Counted from the stretch's first letter, positions 13,206 to 25,696 are shown. The stretch is 64,000 nucleotides of DNA from Octopus sinensis (GCF_006345805.1 NC_043004.1:89776001-89840000), one strand, 5' to 3'. Notes: generated from the sequence alone by a model not told the origin. Made by a program: numbers and translations.

Positions 13206-13904
13206 TTGTTTATATAGGAATGATTAATAGGAAAAATTGCTTATAACCAAAAATTCGAGCTTAGTGCATGTTGTTTATTTATTCAGCTCAATATCATTTA
13301 GAAACATTGTTGCATAAAATGATCGAAGATCATTTCAATATAATTTCATTCGTGTAAATTTCATTTAACTCGTGGTTTGCACGTAGCTTTGTACTAAATG
13401 ATGAGACGAAATTGCGCTATAGGTAGGACCGGGATTAAAAAACAAACATTTAGCATTATTTTATGTTTACATTGTAGCGTAGCTAGGAGATGAGGAAGGG
13501 TGGCCAGCCCGAGCGATGCTTTTTTGGAAGCGACACTTCTTAGTCTGCTTTATAAAGCCTATATAGGCTGTACTGAAATTTAAATGTTTTTTTGATATCG
13601 GGACGCTACTCAGTTTTTGATTTAAAGTAACTTTAACTATGGTATGTATTCGGGTAGGTAGTCAGTCAACCATTGTCATATAAATTGATAACAGAAACAT
13701 TTCCGCTACCTATAAAAATTTTTAACATATTTTTAAAGTAATTTATTTACTGCTGTGTCTAACACAGCTCTAAGCTGAAGAGTTTCAGTGATATTTAGCT
13801 TATGTAATAGGTGGCAGATCTTTTGCGTTTACTTAATGCATTAGACAAATGATTTAAATTACAATATCTCTCTTTTAGCGACACACTTTCACAGAAGATA
13901 GAAA

Positions 13905-15470
13905 ATGACAAACGTGGGAAACAAAATGGCCGATAGAGAAAAAAAAAATTTCCCAATCATCTGTGAAGACAGAGAAGATATAAAAAACGTTGGCTCATGG
14001 CCAACCAAGATTAGCAATGACACACGGGATTTTCTGATACTTCAAGGTTCAAAATCCAGATTATGGTTTTTTGTGAAGTTATTCACCAAGGTGTTTCAAT
14101 CAAAGAGTCATACTAAAAGACTAATACTAAAAGATTAATACATAACCAATTTTTCAGACTCTTCATTATGGCGAAATGATTTTGCAATCATAGATGTCGT
14201 ACTCACCTGCCAATGAAGTTCTTTATTGCTTTTATTGCAAATTGTTTTCAGACAGAAGTGACATAAAATTTAATTCTGAGCCTAGATTCAAAGTATAGTG
14301 GAAACTGAATCCGAGAATGTCTGAAAATGAATCAAGTGCAATTCACATTTGGAATTTTACACAATAAAAGGAGTTGGAACTGGGATTGTGGAGTCAACAA
14401 TTAGTTAAAAACCAACAAAAGCAATAAAAAAATAAGTTGTTGAATGCCAAGTGAAAAATTGGAAAGAGATCCTTTCAACCTACATGATATTATTAGATTT
14501 ATAGCTTAACAGAATTTGGTTTTACGAGGACACCGAGAAGGAGCGAACTGAGACTAATGTTGAAACTGAAGCAATGGAAAACAGGAAATTTTTTAGAGCC
14601 AGTTCATTTGCTGACAAAATTTTGATCCAATGCTCCGCGCTCAGTTCAGTTGGGAAACATATTTGCTATTTCCTTTCTGTTTTCTACTATTCAGAATGAG
14701 TTTATAGGAATCTTAGGAAAGAACAATAATAAATCTTAGAGCGAGTTATAAACAGTAGCTGTAACACATCGTGACGTATATTTGCCATTTAAATATGGCT
14801 AACCCCTAAGGGTGGATGCTACTGTAGTTTGTAGCCCCAGGAGGACACCTCCTCCAGCTGGCTTTAGACACACTTTCTGTGCCCTAGCCATCCTTGCCGT
14901 CTTCAACTTATGATACACACGGACTCGAGTTTCTGATACCCAGAAACTCAAGTCCGTGTGTATCATAAGTTGAAGACTGGAAGGATGGTTTCCCTTTGCA
15001 AATACTGATAGGGCACAGAAAGTGTGTCTAAAGCCAGCTGGAGGAGGTGTCCTCCTGGGGCTACAAACTACTGTAGCATCCACCCTTAGGGGTTAGTCAT
15101 ATTTAAATGGCAAATATACGTTAGGAAAGAACGTAAGAGGTAAAGTAATCAAACAAGTAAAAGAAGCTAAGTACTTTTCCATGATATTTGATATCCCTCC
15201 TTATAAGAATCAAACAAACCCAATTTTACGCTGTTATGATCGGTGAAAATAAAGATGAGATTGTAGAATCAATTGTTGATTTCAATGAAAAAAATTAAAA
15301 CCGCCGAGAATATTTCAACAATGATTTTGGAAAATTTAGGGTAAGACAGAATTGATATTCAAAATTGTAATGGGCAAGCATATGATAATGCTTCGGTGAT
15401 GGATGGTCTACATACTGGTTTTCAGAAACGTATCAAGGAAATCAATCAAAGAGCAAAATTTATTGCCAAC
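13905..15470 (+). pseudogene. Degenerate hAT transposase (ZMYM1-like/TTF-zinc finger + DUF4371 type), interrupted at 14725-15120
   Basis: Fragments: VGSWPTKISNDTRDFLILQG; YSPANEVLYCFYCKLFS (TTF finger); IIRFIA*QNLVLRGHRE; IQNEFIGILG; after the insertion LGKNVRGKVIKQVKEAKYFSMIFD and IDIQNCNGQAYDNASVMDGLHTGFQKRIKEIN. Confidence 0.85.
14725..15120. mobile_element. Fold-back insertion: ~345-bp palindrome plus 49-bp tail, with 12-bp TSD
   Basis: TTAGGAAAGAAC at 14713-14724 and 15121-15132; inverted arms 14774-14935 and 14941-15121; single-copy tail 14725-14773 beginning AATAATAAAT. Confidence 0.8.
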
Positions 15471-15561
15471 TTCGAAGCACTAACTTATTTATTTCGATAA
15501 GTCAAGAAAGTTATGTTAGAATTTTATATGCGCCATTGTTTTTCTCGCTATACTGGTTAAT

Positions 15562-15949
15562 GTGGAGGCGCAATGACCCAGTGGTTAGGGCAGCGGACTC
15601 GCGGTCATAGGATCGCGGTTTCGATTCCCAGACCGGGCATTGTGAGTGTTTATTGAGCGAAAACACATAAAAAAGCTCCACGAGGCTCCGGCAGGGGATG
15701 GTGGTGATCCCTGCTGTACTCTTTCACCACAACTTTCTCTCACTCTTACTTCCTGTTTCTGTTGTACCTGTATTTCAAAGGGCCGGCCTTGTCACTCTCT
15801 GTGTCACGCTGAATATCCCCGAGAACTACGTTAAAGGTACACGTGTCTGTGGAGTGCTCAGCCATTTACACGTTAATTTCACGAGCAGGCTGTTCCGTTG
15901 ATTCGGATCAACCGGAACCCTCGTCGTCGTAACCGACGGAGTGCTTCCA
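15562..15949 (+). mobile_element. SINE family C (tRNA-Arg-like head), full length with 13-bp TSD
   Basis: Head GGAGGCGCAATGACCCAGTGGTTAGGGCAGCGGACTCGCGG..GGTTTCGATTCCC (A/B boxes, TCG anticodon-like loop); TSD TATACTGGTTAAT at 15549-15561 and 15950-15962; second copy at 38388-38778(-). Confidence 0.9.
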
Positions 15950-16517
15950 TATACTGGTTAATTGATTTTGTGACAGAAGTCGTTCTCACAAACCGAAAAG
16001 GCTATCACGTGACCTGATGTTTATAATATTAATATGTGTGTATGTGTGTATGTGTGCGTGATTGCGTGCGTCCGTACACGAGCGTATATGTGGGTATGGG
16101 AATGCGTGTGTATGCTTGTGGTTCTCAGTGTCAACGCTTCTTAGTAGTTGTTAATTTTGTGAGATTTGGGTTATTTTGCCACCCCCACCCCCATTTCAGA
16201 AATTATGGCCAAACCTCTAAGAACAGTGCTGGAAAATCAGTCACACTCTTGTGTGATTCTATGTTGTCGTTTTCATTTCTAAATTAAGTTCATCGATGCA
16301 ACGCTGTTATGTTTCTACAGCACTGTTATATTTAACACGAGAGAATTTTTAAAAATGAATTTGTGTAAATGAAGCATTTTTCTTAAGCAAAATACAAAGT
16401 TTACTTTACTTTATTTATTTAATAAATGATGAGAAGAAAACTGTACTATAATTAGGATTTATCTATCTAATAATTTCGCTTTAACAATCGAATTTGTTGT
16501 ATATCTTCTATATTAGA

Positions 16518-16840
16518 CAATTGCAGCGTGGAAGGTGTTTGTAAGCCATTTAAGAAACACACAAAAGCCGTTCGATTCACTTCAACATTTAAGTTTAATT
16601 TGTCAAAATATTTTCGTCGCTAAAATCCGCGACCTGTTCACTGACAAAAATCCGTGCTAACAGGTCGCGGTCTTAAAGCGACGAAACTATTTTGACAAAT
16701 TAAACTTAAATATTGAAGTGAATCGAACGGCTTTTGTGTGTTTCTTAAATGGCTTACAAACACCTTCCACACTGCAATTGTTTTCGTTTCAGCACACGAT
16801 CTCAGATCAGGTCACTTGCTATGCAAGTACATCTCCGTAA
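16518..16840. mobile_element. Fold-back Penelope-like pLTR insertion: 265-bp palindrome plus 59-bp tail, with 12-bp TSD
   Basis: TTCTATATTAGA at 16506-16517 and 16841-16852; inverted arms span 16517-16781; a hammerhead-like fold lies within the left arm. Confidence 0.8.
16599..16648 (-). ncRNA. Candidate minimal type-I hammerhead ribozyme, G3-C8 core variant
   Basis: Minus strand TTTGTCA-GTGAACA-G-GTCGC(ggatttta)GCGAC-GAAA-ATATT-T-TGACAAA: 7-bp stem I, 5-bp stem II, palindromic stem III AATATT. Confidence 0.55.
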
Positions 16841-17059
16841 TTCTATATTAGAGATCTGCCAGATTTCCTCATAATACGTTTCTTTAAGGGCATAGTTAGA
16901 TCAGGGTCCCGATGCGTCTACGTATCGACATGAACGGAAGGGTTAGTTTTTAGGGTTAGGGTGTCATTACATGTCCACACAGCGTACATTTAAAATGATT
17001 TGTACGTAACACCTGTATTTAAGTAATACCTCTGTAGTACCAGTTTCACTTCAACATTA

Positions 17060-17460
17060 AAATTTCACTCGCCGAGGTCGACTTTGCCTTTCATCCTTTC
17101 GGGGTTGATAAATTAAGTACCTATTTCTTTATTACCCACAAGGGGCTAAACACAGAGGGGACAAACAAGGACAGACATAGGTATTAAGTCGATTACATCG
17201 ACCCCAGTGCGTAACTGGTACTTAATTTATCGACCCCGAAAGGATGAAAGGTAAAGTCGACTTCGGCGGAATTTGAACTCACAACATAACGGCAGACGAA
17301 ATACCGCTAAGCATTTCGCCCGGCGTGCTAACGTTTCTGCCAGCTCGCCGCCTTGCGATAAATTAAGTACCAGTTGCGTACTGGGGTCGATCTAATCGAC
17401 TGGCCCCCTCCCCCCAAATTTCGAGCCTTGTGCCTAGAGTGGAAAAGGACATTAAAATAT
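17060..17460. mobile_element. Nested SINE family B: minus-strand full copy (17121-17356) inserted in a plus-strand copy, 14-bp TSD
   Basis: Head GGCGGCGAGCTGGCAGAAACGTTAGCACGCCGGGCG; core GTCGACTTTGCCTTTCATCCTTTCGGGGTCGATAAA (resembles the Meta-type SINE domain, unverified); TSD GATAAATTAAGTAC at 17107-17120 and 17357-17370. Confidence 0.88.
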
Positions 17461-17694
17461 CATTTGTATTAAAATATTTTCGTCACTTTGAAACCGCAAC
17501 CTATTCACTGACAAAATTTCACAAAAGTGATGCAGCACGAAGTTTTGTCAGTGAGCGCACTCGCACACACACATTCATTGCCTTTTATTTGAGTGTATGT
17601 GTATCTATGTGTGTGCGCGAGTGTGTATTGATGTGTGTGTGTGTGTCACTGTTGAAGTCACTTGTGCAACTTGTTTGTATATATTCTTTTCTAC

Positions 17695-18060
17695 TCTAGG
17701 CACAAGGCCAGTCGATTAGATCGACACAGTACCCAACTGGTACTTAATTTACCCACCCCGAAAGGACGAAAGGCAGAGCTGACCGCAGCGAAATTTGAAC
17801 TCAAAACGTAAAGACAGACGAAATACCTATTTCTTTACTGCCCACAAGGGGCTAAACACAGAGGAGACAAACAAGGACGGACAAACGGATTAAGTCGATT
17901 ATATCGACCCCATTGCGTAACTGGTACTTATTTAATCGACCCCGAAAGGATGAAAGGCAAAGTCGACGTCGGCGGAATTTGAACTCAGAACGTAGCGACA
18001 GACGAAATACCGCTAGGCGTTTCGCCCGGCGTGCCAACGTTTCTGCCAGCTCGCCGCCTT
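17695..18060 (-). mobile_element. Two tandem/nested SINE family B copies
   Basis: A diverged copy at 17695-17826 is joined at GACGAAATAC| to a full copy at 17827-18060. Confidence 0.85.
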
Positions 18061-18737
18061 TTGTTTGTGTACATATTGGCTTAGTAGTATAGAATGTTTG
18101 GAGACTGTGAATAAGGTGTAAGTTTCGAGCACTTGTCGGTAACTTTTTTCTTCTCCTGGTCTTCTAATAGTAATTACCCAACTTTCTAGGCTCTTCTCAC
18201 AGCTATCCTGCGTTCAAACATTATACGGGTATTTAAAAAAAATTCATTCAATAAATACTGTTTCTACTTTACGAATAGATTAATAGAATAAACTATCGGT
18301 TTTCCAAATAACGAATGAAAACTTAAAAGAGAAAGTGAGAGACTTTGCAAATGAAAATGGAGTACTCCGCAGCGAATGCAATGAATCTGTGAAAAATTAT
18401 ACGCAGTGAATGCAATGAGTATTTAAATTTGTGTGAAATTGGAGTGAAAAAAATTCAATAAACTTGAGAAATCGAAATTATAAGAAATTTCTTAGAACAT
18501 GAATTTATAGAAATATTTCAAGACGGTCAACCCATTAACAATTGCTTTCTTTTAGTACTTTTAGTAATTATGTATACCTAATAAATAAGCAGCTTTCTCC
18601 ATTATAGTATTTAAGTTATAGAGTCAGTTGTTTCAAGTATTCATTTTCTTTTCCTTGTTCTGAATTTAAACTTAAGTAACTTTTGCCTCCTTCTTAAAGT
18701 TGGGCTGTAATCAAGTACTTAGAGTACACCTTTTTCT

Positions 18738-19286
18738 TTTATCTTTTACTTGTTTCGGTCATTTGACTGTGGCCATGTTTGCTTTTGCAAACGTTTAAAA
18801 ATCATTATGGTACACATATATGTTCCTTATATAGTGTAGATCTCCGTCTAAGTACCATACTTGCCTGTCCTATATAGCTATGCCCAAGACTTGAGCAAGT
18901 TATAATATAAATTAAATTCTCGGAGGCACAAGTGAAGTTAGTTTTAATTGTGAATCTCTCTTCTTTTTTGAAGGGTTTTAATCGAACAAATCGACCTCAG
19001 GACTTTTTTAAAAAGGCTAGTACTTATCTTATCGTACTATTTTGCCGAAACGCTAAGTTACGGGGACGAAAATATGCAAACACCGGTTGTCAAGCGGTGG
19101 TAAAGGGACAAATACAAAAACACACACACACACGCACGCACACGATGAGCTTCCGTCTACCAAATCCACTCACAAGGCTTTGGTCGGCTCGTAGAAGACA
19201 CTTGCCCAAGGTGCCACGCAGAGGGGCTGAACCCGGAACCATGTGGTTGAGAAGCAAGCTTCTTACCACACAGTCACGCATGCGCC
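18738..19286 (-). mobile_element. SINE family A copy, diverged and interrupted by ~160 bp of unrelated sequence
   Basis: Tail-end homology at 18738-18778, resuming at about 18965 through the head end TGCGCC. Confidence 0.7.
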
Positions 19287-19788
19287 TTCCACATAGCTAC
19301 GCCTGTTGAAGTCTTTTATAAATTTATGTGATAAATTTAGTGGTAGTAAGTGTTGTGTAGAGATCAATTTCAGTTTTCGATTGCTTGAACTTGAAAGGAA
19401 ATTTATCTGAAGTAAATACCAATTCCATTTTCTCTTAAGGTATAACCAAAGAAAATGGATCATTATGCTCGATATTCCTTTGGTTCTTTTACTTATGTAC
19501 CATTTATAGAAGACTATTTAATAATGGGGTTTTTATTTAGACAAGCGATGGACATATTTCAATGCAATGTTTGAGTAGGTTGTAACAGCAGAATATTGCA
19601 ATATACAAGGTTTTACTTTTGATGATAAAGAAATAGGAAAAACCGCTCTCAACGAAAAACCTGTTAGGGACTGCAAGCTAAACATACCACTTATAAATTT
19701 GGTTACGATGTAACTCAAATTTTATATATATATATATATAAATATACATATACACGCTCATTGGCAAATCGATATTCATGGAAACACA

Positions 19789-20190
19789 TACTCTTTTACT
19801 TGTTTCAGTCATTTGACTGCTGCCATGCTGGAGCACCGCCTTTAATCGAGCAACTCGACCCCGGGACTTATTCTTTTGTAAGCCCAGTACTTATTCTATC
19901 GGTCTCTTTTGCCGAACCGCTAAGTAACGGGGACGTAAACACACCAGCATCGGTTGTCAAGCAATGCTAGGGGGACAAACACAGACACACAAACATACAC
20001 GCACACACATATATATATACATATATACGACGGGCTTCTTTCAGTTTCCGCCTACCAAATCCATTCACAGGGCATTGGTCGGCCCGGGGCTATAGCAGAA
20101 GACACTTGCCCAAGGTGCCACGCAGTGGGACTGAACCCGGAACCATGTGGTTGGTTAGCAAGCTACTTACCACACAGCCACCCCTGCGCC
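19789..20190 (-). mobile_element. SINE family A copy
   Basis: Colinear with 4975-5376. Confidence 0.9.
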
Positions 20191-21224
20191 TATAACATGC
20201 ATATAATTTGCGAAGTAAACATGTAATTATTCATGTAAGTGTAATGTGAATATTGGAAGAAATGAGAACCGTATAGGGATCAGTACAACATAGTATCTAT
20301 GAAATAACCGAGTATCTTACACTGTCAACATCTTAAATAAACTTAGTGTAATTGAACGTCAATCAGAAACAAGTGACGTTTAAATTATGTTTAAATTATG
20401 TTTAATCAACAGTTTTCAAAATACAGCACAGCCACCCGTCCACTAATGCCCTCTCGTCTTAGTTACATGTAACCAAATCCTTTATAATGAATCTTTGAAT
20501 TTGCTTTTGCAAACGTTTAAAAATCTTTATGATTGCATTTTCTCTGTGATTTGACTTTCTCTGTGATTTGACTTTCTCTGTGATTGACTCTGTGAATGAT
20601 AATACCGAAGATTAGTCATAATTATAATCCATGTTGGTTTAAGTCATTTATTGATATGCCTTGCTTACCTAATCCAACTGTTATTTAATTAATGTTATTA
20701 TGACAAGCAATAAACTGAGTTGTTGAATTCAGAAACTGATTAAAAGTTTGATGTAAAAATTTTGCTTTCTCTGAATATATTTTACCCGGTTATCCACACA
20801 ACTTAATATTTGTTTATCTTTTATTTAATAACAAAATATTATCTGCTTCACATTCCACAAAGACTCCTTTTACTCGTACCATAAGTTTCAGTTATTTATA
20901 TCTACCTTCTGTCTTTTCATCTATCTTTTTTATTGTATTTAGCCAGTGGCGCATCTACATTTTTGGAGCCCTGAAACTTGGGTGAGGTTTACCGACCCGC
21001 GAAAAAGGGCAATATCTTAAAAGGACTGCCCACGAATATTTTCAAGTGGAAGTTTATATTCATTCAGAACGTGTATCAAGGATGAATGAATAGCAATCGG
21101 TAAAAGTATTAAAAATCTTTCGTGAGCTTTTCTATTTAAATAGCATCGAACTGTAAGATTTCTCAATCTAATAACATTGATAGAAGGTTAACTAATATCA
21201 ACTTATCATTTAGATAAAGCTGCT

Positions 21225-24200
21225 TAATTTACCTCAGTAAACGATACTCTACCAATATGGTTCTCCTGGGATCTTATCTAGATGTTTCTGACATACGTTT
21301 TTTTTATCATGTCTACAATAATAGGAACAGTTCTCGCTTTAAAATGCCACATCTTTTGAGTTTCAATTTCCAGGTCCTTATATTTACTTAGTTTGTCAAA
21401 TTCCTTGACAGATATATTTTTATCAATAGGAACACTTACATCTATTAGTCTACATGTATTTTCTTCCTTGTCAATTATGGCAGGTCGATTATCCTGGATC
21501 GTTTTGTCAATGTTGACTGGAAAATCCCAGAGGATAGCGACAATTTTACCTTCAACGACTGGCTCAGGATAATGTTCATACCAGTAAGCAGGAGTTCTGA
21601 TTTTGTAGTGTTTACATATTTTCCAATGTAAATACTGTCCTACCCTATCGTGGCGATTTCTGAATTCGTTTGATATCAACACAGGACATCCCAAGACAAA
21701 ATAATATATTGTTTCGTCAGATGTGTCGCAGAATCGTTTTGAAGAACGTTAGCCTGGTAATGTTTGGTAAGCAAACTTTGATCTTGTGCTGCCAATATGA
21801 AACCTTCAGTCTCTGCTTTCAGTTCTGAACATCTCAGCTACTGATGGGTTGTTGCTTGGTCTACATCGGCATTTCGACTACGAAGTATGTACTGTCCATG
21901 CTGAGGCTACTAGATCAACCGTTCCTCAATTTGCTTCTGCCCGTTCTTTTTTACAGTCTGCTTGATCCATTTTGCTTGTTTTGTGGCAGTGGTTTCAGGC
22001 TCCTCATTTAATTCAGGGTTAATGCCGAGTTCTCTTGAGAATTTGCAAGCTTCCTTGACAATAGAATGTGACATTTTGCTACTTTCTTGTTTGCACACAA
22101 ACACCCACTCCTCTGTACTAGATAAGTACTTGTTCATTGCTATTGTGTAGGTCTTATAGTACAGTTCTCGGTTAATATAGGGCGTAACAAATATCAGAAA
22201 ATCAAAAAAAAAATGTGTGTAATAGGTGTAAAACAACTTCCTATGAACGAATATGAAAAAAAAATTTCGCGCACGCGAAAGGGGGGTGGGGGAGAGGCCT
22301 CGGAAAATTCACATCGGGAAGTTCCGAAAGCGTCTGAGGAGCTGACCCGGGCACCAAAACAAAAAAAAATAGTGTAATATGTGTAAAACAACTTGCTCTA
22401 AACGAATATGACAAAAAAAATGCGCTCTCGCGAAAGAGGGGTGGGGGAGAGGCCTCGGAATATTATATCGGGAATTTCCGAAAGCGTCTGAACCGGGCAC
22501 AAAAACAAAAACAAAAACAGCGCAATAGGTGTAAAACAACATGCTCTAAACGACTATCATGAAAAAAATGCGCGCTCGCGAAAGGGGGGTGGGGGAGAGG
22601 CTTCGGAAATTTCACATCTTCAGTCCACGGCCTTTAAACTAAGAAAAAATAGTGTAATTGGTGTAAAACTACTTGTTCTAAACGAGTATCAAGAACACAC
22701 ACTCACACATGAATCATAAACTCCGTATTTCGCAAAAAAAAAAATAATAAAGAGAAGAAATTCTGGAAAAAGTGAAGAAATGTTGGATCTCATTCCTTGG
22801 TTAAAGCTATTTTAAACATTAAATTTATGCTTTTCTTTGAAATAGTTCAGATATATGCAATTCTTCTCACTTATTAAGATGCATTTATCAGAAAAAAAGA
22901 GACAGAAAAAATTATTATTTTGTGTCAATCCTTCCCTAATTATCCTTTATTAATTAGTTTTGGCGTGTATTTTTTTCCCAAATTTATTTTTTCACCTTTA
23001 CAACACTGTTTAGTAAAGCAATTAATTATCTTTATAATTTGCATATTTGACTTATTAATCAAAATTCTCTAGATGTAATATATACTAAGTAATGCATCCT
23101 TCATTTATGTGTTCCGTTCAGTATTATGCATGCGTGACTGTTTGTATGTAAGTGTGTTTAACTGTGCACATGAATGTGAATATTAAAGAACATATTTATT
23201 TACTATGATTGTTATTTTCAGAACAAATAAATCTTTTGGCTGTTATGTTATTGATGTTATTATTATTATTGCTAGTTAAAGGGTGGTGACTTGGCTGAAT
23301 ATTTTGAGTCTTGTAGTATGTAGTTGTGTTAGTCAATATTCTGAGTTCAAATCCAACTCATTTCTTTATCATCATTATCGATGGACCACTCAAAGAGGTA
23401 TGTATACATTATCATTTTCGTAACATAATTTCTGTAGTATTTCAAGATGTTTCTGACACGTATTTTGATTCACATGGCGGAGAGATCCAACATTTCCTCA
23501 CTTTTTCCAGAATTTCTTCTCTTTATTATTTTTTTTTTTGCGAAATACGGAGTTTATGATTCATGTGTGAGTGTGTGTTCTTGATACTCGTTTAGAACAA
23601 GTAGTTTTACACCAATTACACTATTTTTTCTTAGTTTAAAGGCCGTGGACTGAAGATGTGAAATTTCCGAAGCCTCTCCCCCACCCCCCTTTCGCGAGCG
23701 CGCATTTTTTTCATGATAGTCGTTTAGAGCAAGTTGTTTTACACCTATTACGCTGTTTTTGTTTTTGTTTTTGTGCCCGGTTCAGACGCTTTCGGAAATT
23801 CCCGATATAAATATTCCGAGGCCTCTCCCCCACCCCTCTTTCGCGAGAGCGCATTTTTTTTGTCATATTCGTTTAGAGCAAGTTGTTTTACACATATTAC
23901 ACTATTTTTTTTTTGTTTTGGTGCCCGGGTCAGCTCCTCAGACGCTTTCGGAACTTCCCGATGTGAATTTTCCGAGGCCTCTCCCCCACCCCCCTTTCGC
24001 GTGCGCGAAATTTTATTTTTATATTCGTTCATAGGAAGTTGTTTTACACCTATTACACACATTTTTTTTTGATTTTCTGATATTTGTTACGTCCTATATT
24101 AACCCAGTTCTCCCTGCATCATTCCTCTTCACCCAATACTTCTAGGTAGGGACAGACGATCAACATCTGCTTTTGGCTGAGGCATGTTCTTAAATGTTAG

Positions 24201-24848
24201 TAGTTTTCTTGTATTCCTGTCCAGGCGTTGGAGCTTTGTAAGATTCCAGTTAATGATGTTAAAACTATATTGGACTACTAGAAGTGCCAAGGTGTTAACG
24301 GCTTCGATGCGATTTTTGGGGTTGAGTTCAGTTTTTAGTATGAGTCTTATTTTTCTTATTTTTTCTTTCATAGAAGCATGTTGAATACCATCTCCCTCGT
24401 TTACCTCCAGGTATTTCTAAATTTCTTGTGGGTCAAGCTCCTTGATGATAGCGTCGGTATCTAATTAAATGGCAGCTGTTTGCCTGAGAATGCCTCTTAC
24501 AAAAGTTGCTTTAGCACACTTATCAAGGCCAAAACCCATCCCGATGTCATTGCTGAACTCTTTAACAGTTGTTAACGGCCCTACTGACTCTTCGTCATTT
24601 CTAGCAAACAGATTCAGATCGTCCATATAGAATAGATGGTTTATTGTAGTATTATACACGTTTAACCCATAGCTGGTGCTATTCAGTTCGTTTGAGAGTG
24701 GAAATATAGACTTCTGTTAAGGGAAAGCGTATATTCTTTCAGTTAGTATGGATGTGATGATCTTGCAGGTGGTATTGAAACATGTTATTGGTCGGTAGTT
24801 CTTTGGATTTTGTGTCTTCAGTTTTTGGTAGAAAGTATGTTGATCCTG
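21225..24848 (-). mobile_element. R4/Dong-clade LINE remnant (RT, CCHC, RLE) split by a Foldback-like element
   Basis: NPKNYRPITC; HLFYMDDLNLFA..GMGFGLDKCAK (24465-24659); KADVDRLSLPRSIG (24129-24371); ELYYKTYTIAMNKYL (21910-22169); GFILAAQDQSLLT; RHDRVGQYLHW..ILWDFPVNIDK..NRPAII..IDVSVP..KYKDLEIE (21278-21694). Confidence 0.92.
22170..24104. mobile_element. Foldback-like non-autonomous DNA transposon, ~622-bp TIRs built of ~150-bp subrepeats, 8-bp TSD
   Basis: TIRs 22170-22791 and 23482-24104 are near-perfect reverse complements starting GGTTAATATAGG; TSD CAGTTCTC at 22162-22169 and 24105-24112; removing the element restores the host frame MMQGEL-YYKT. Confidence 0.92.
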
Positions 24849-25030
24849 TATGTATGTATGTATGTATGTATGTATGTATGTATGTATGTATGTATGTATG
24901 CATGTATGTATGTATGCATGTATGTATGTATGTATGTATGTATGTATGTATGTATGTATGTATGTATGCATGCATGTATGTATGCATGTATGTATGTATG
25001 CATGTATGTATGTATGTATGTATGTATGTA

Positions 25031-25063
<33 letters not shown>

Positions 25064-25085
25064 ATGTATGTATGTATGTATGTAT
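24849..25085. repeat. (TATG)n microsatellite
   Basis: Direct read. Confidence 0.95.
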
Positions 25086-25696
25086 ATAGGACGTTTCAAA
25101 AGTCTTGTTAGCATTAATATAAACTGGCAGATAACACAGGTCAGTTGAACACAGTTAAGATTCGTAATGTTCGTGTCCTCCACACACCTCTTTAAGGATA
25201 CAATTTTCAATGCTCATTCTTTACCTACCATAAAACCTATGCCAGACTTGAAGACGTCTAAGTTGTTTGTCCATTGAACGCTTGAAGCAATCATAATTTG
25301 ATACGGGCAAAGATCGTCATCGATGAGATGAAAGGGAAAGAGGCACTGAGCATCTTGATGAAGAACCAACGCATCGTAGCCTTTGATTTGACGCATCTCT
25401 GGAATATTATTACGAAGGAAATCTGGAGTTAGCTTGAATAATTTGATTCACCGATCCAGATAATGAAAATTTGCATGTGAGAAGCAAGAACTGTTAACCG
25501 AGACCCTTCCGAACAGAAAACAAAGACAATGTTAGAGATACGGAAGACTATGAAGGTTTTCAGTATTCTGTTCTTTGCAAGGCTTATGAGGCAACATTTT
25601 GAAAGAAAATTCGAGAACTATAGACTTAAGAAGTTATTGTAGGCTGCAGGAGAGAGGAAACATTTTAAAGAGATGCAGGAGAGACACAGCGTAATA

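Noticed and set aside
15562-15640. Genuine tRNA-Arg gene; likewise the tRNA-like heads of SINE families A and B
   Set aside because: No complete cloverleaf; each continues into a SINE body with a tail and, in some copies, a TSD.
19520-19710. Short plus-strand peptides KRWTYFNAMFE / VVTAEYCNIQGF..
   Set aside because: Resemblance to BTB motifs is too weak; in-frame stop between them.
20944-21000. CAGTGGCGCATCT.. resembling a hAT terminus; also AGGACCGGGATT at about 13406
   Set aside because: No partner TIR or TSD found in the window.
22170-22791. CRISPR-like array (recurring ~35-bp motifs with spacers)
   Set aside because: Spacers are homologous to each other and the block is mirrored as a TIR; eukaryotic context; no cas genes.
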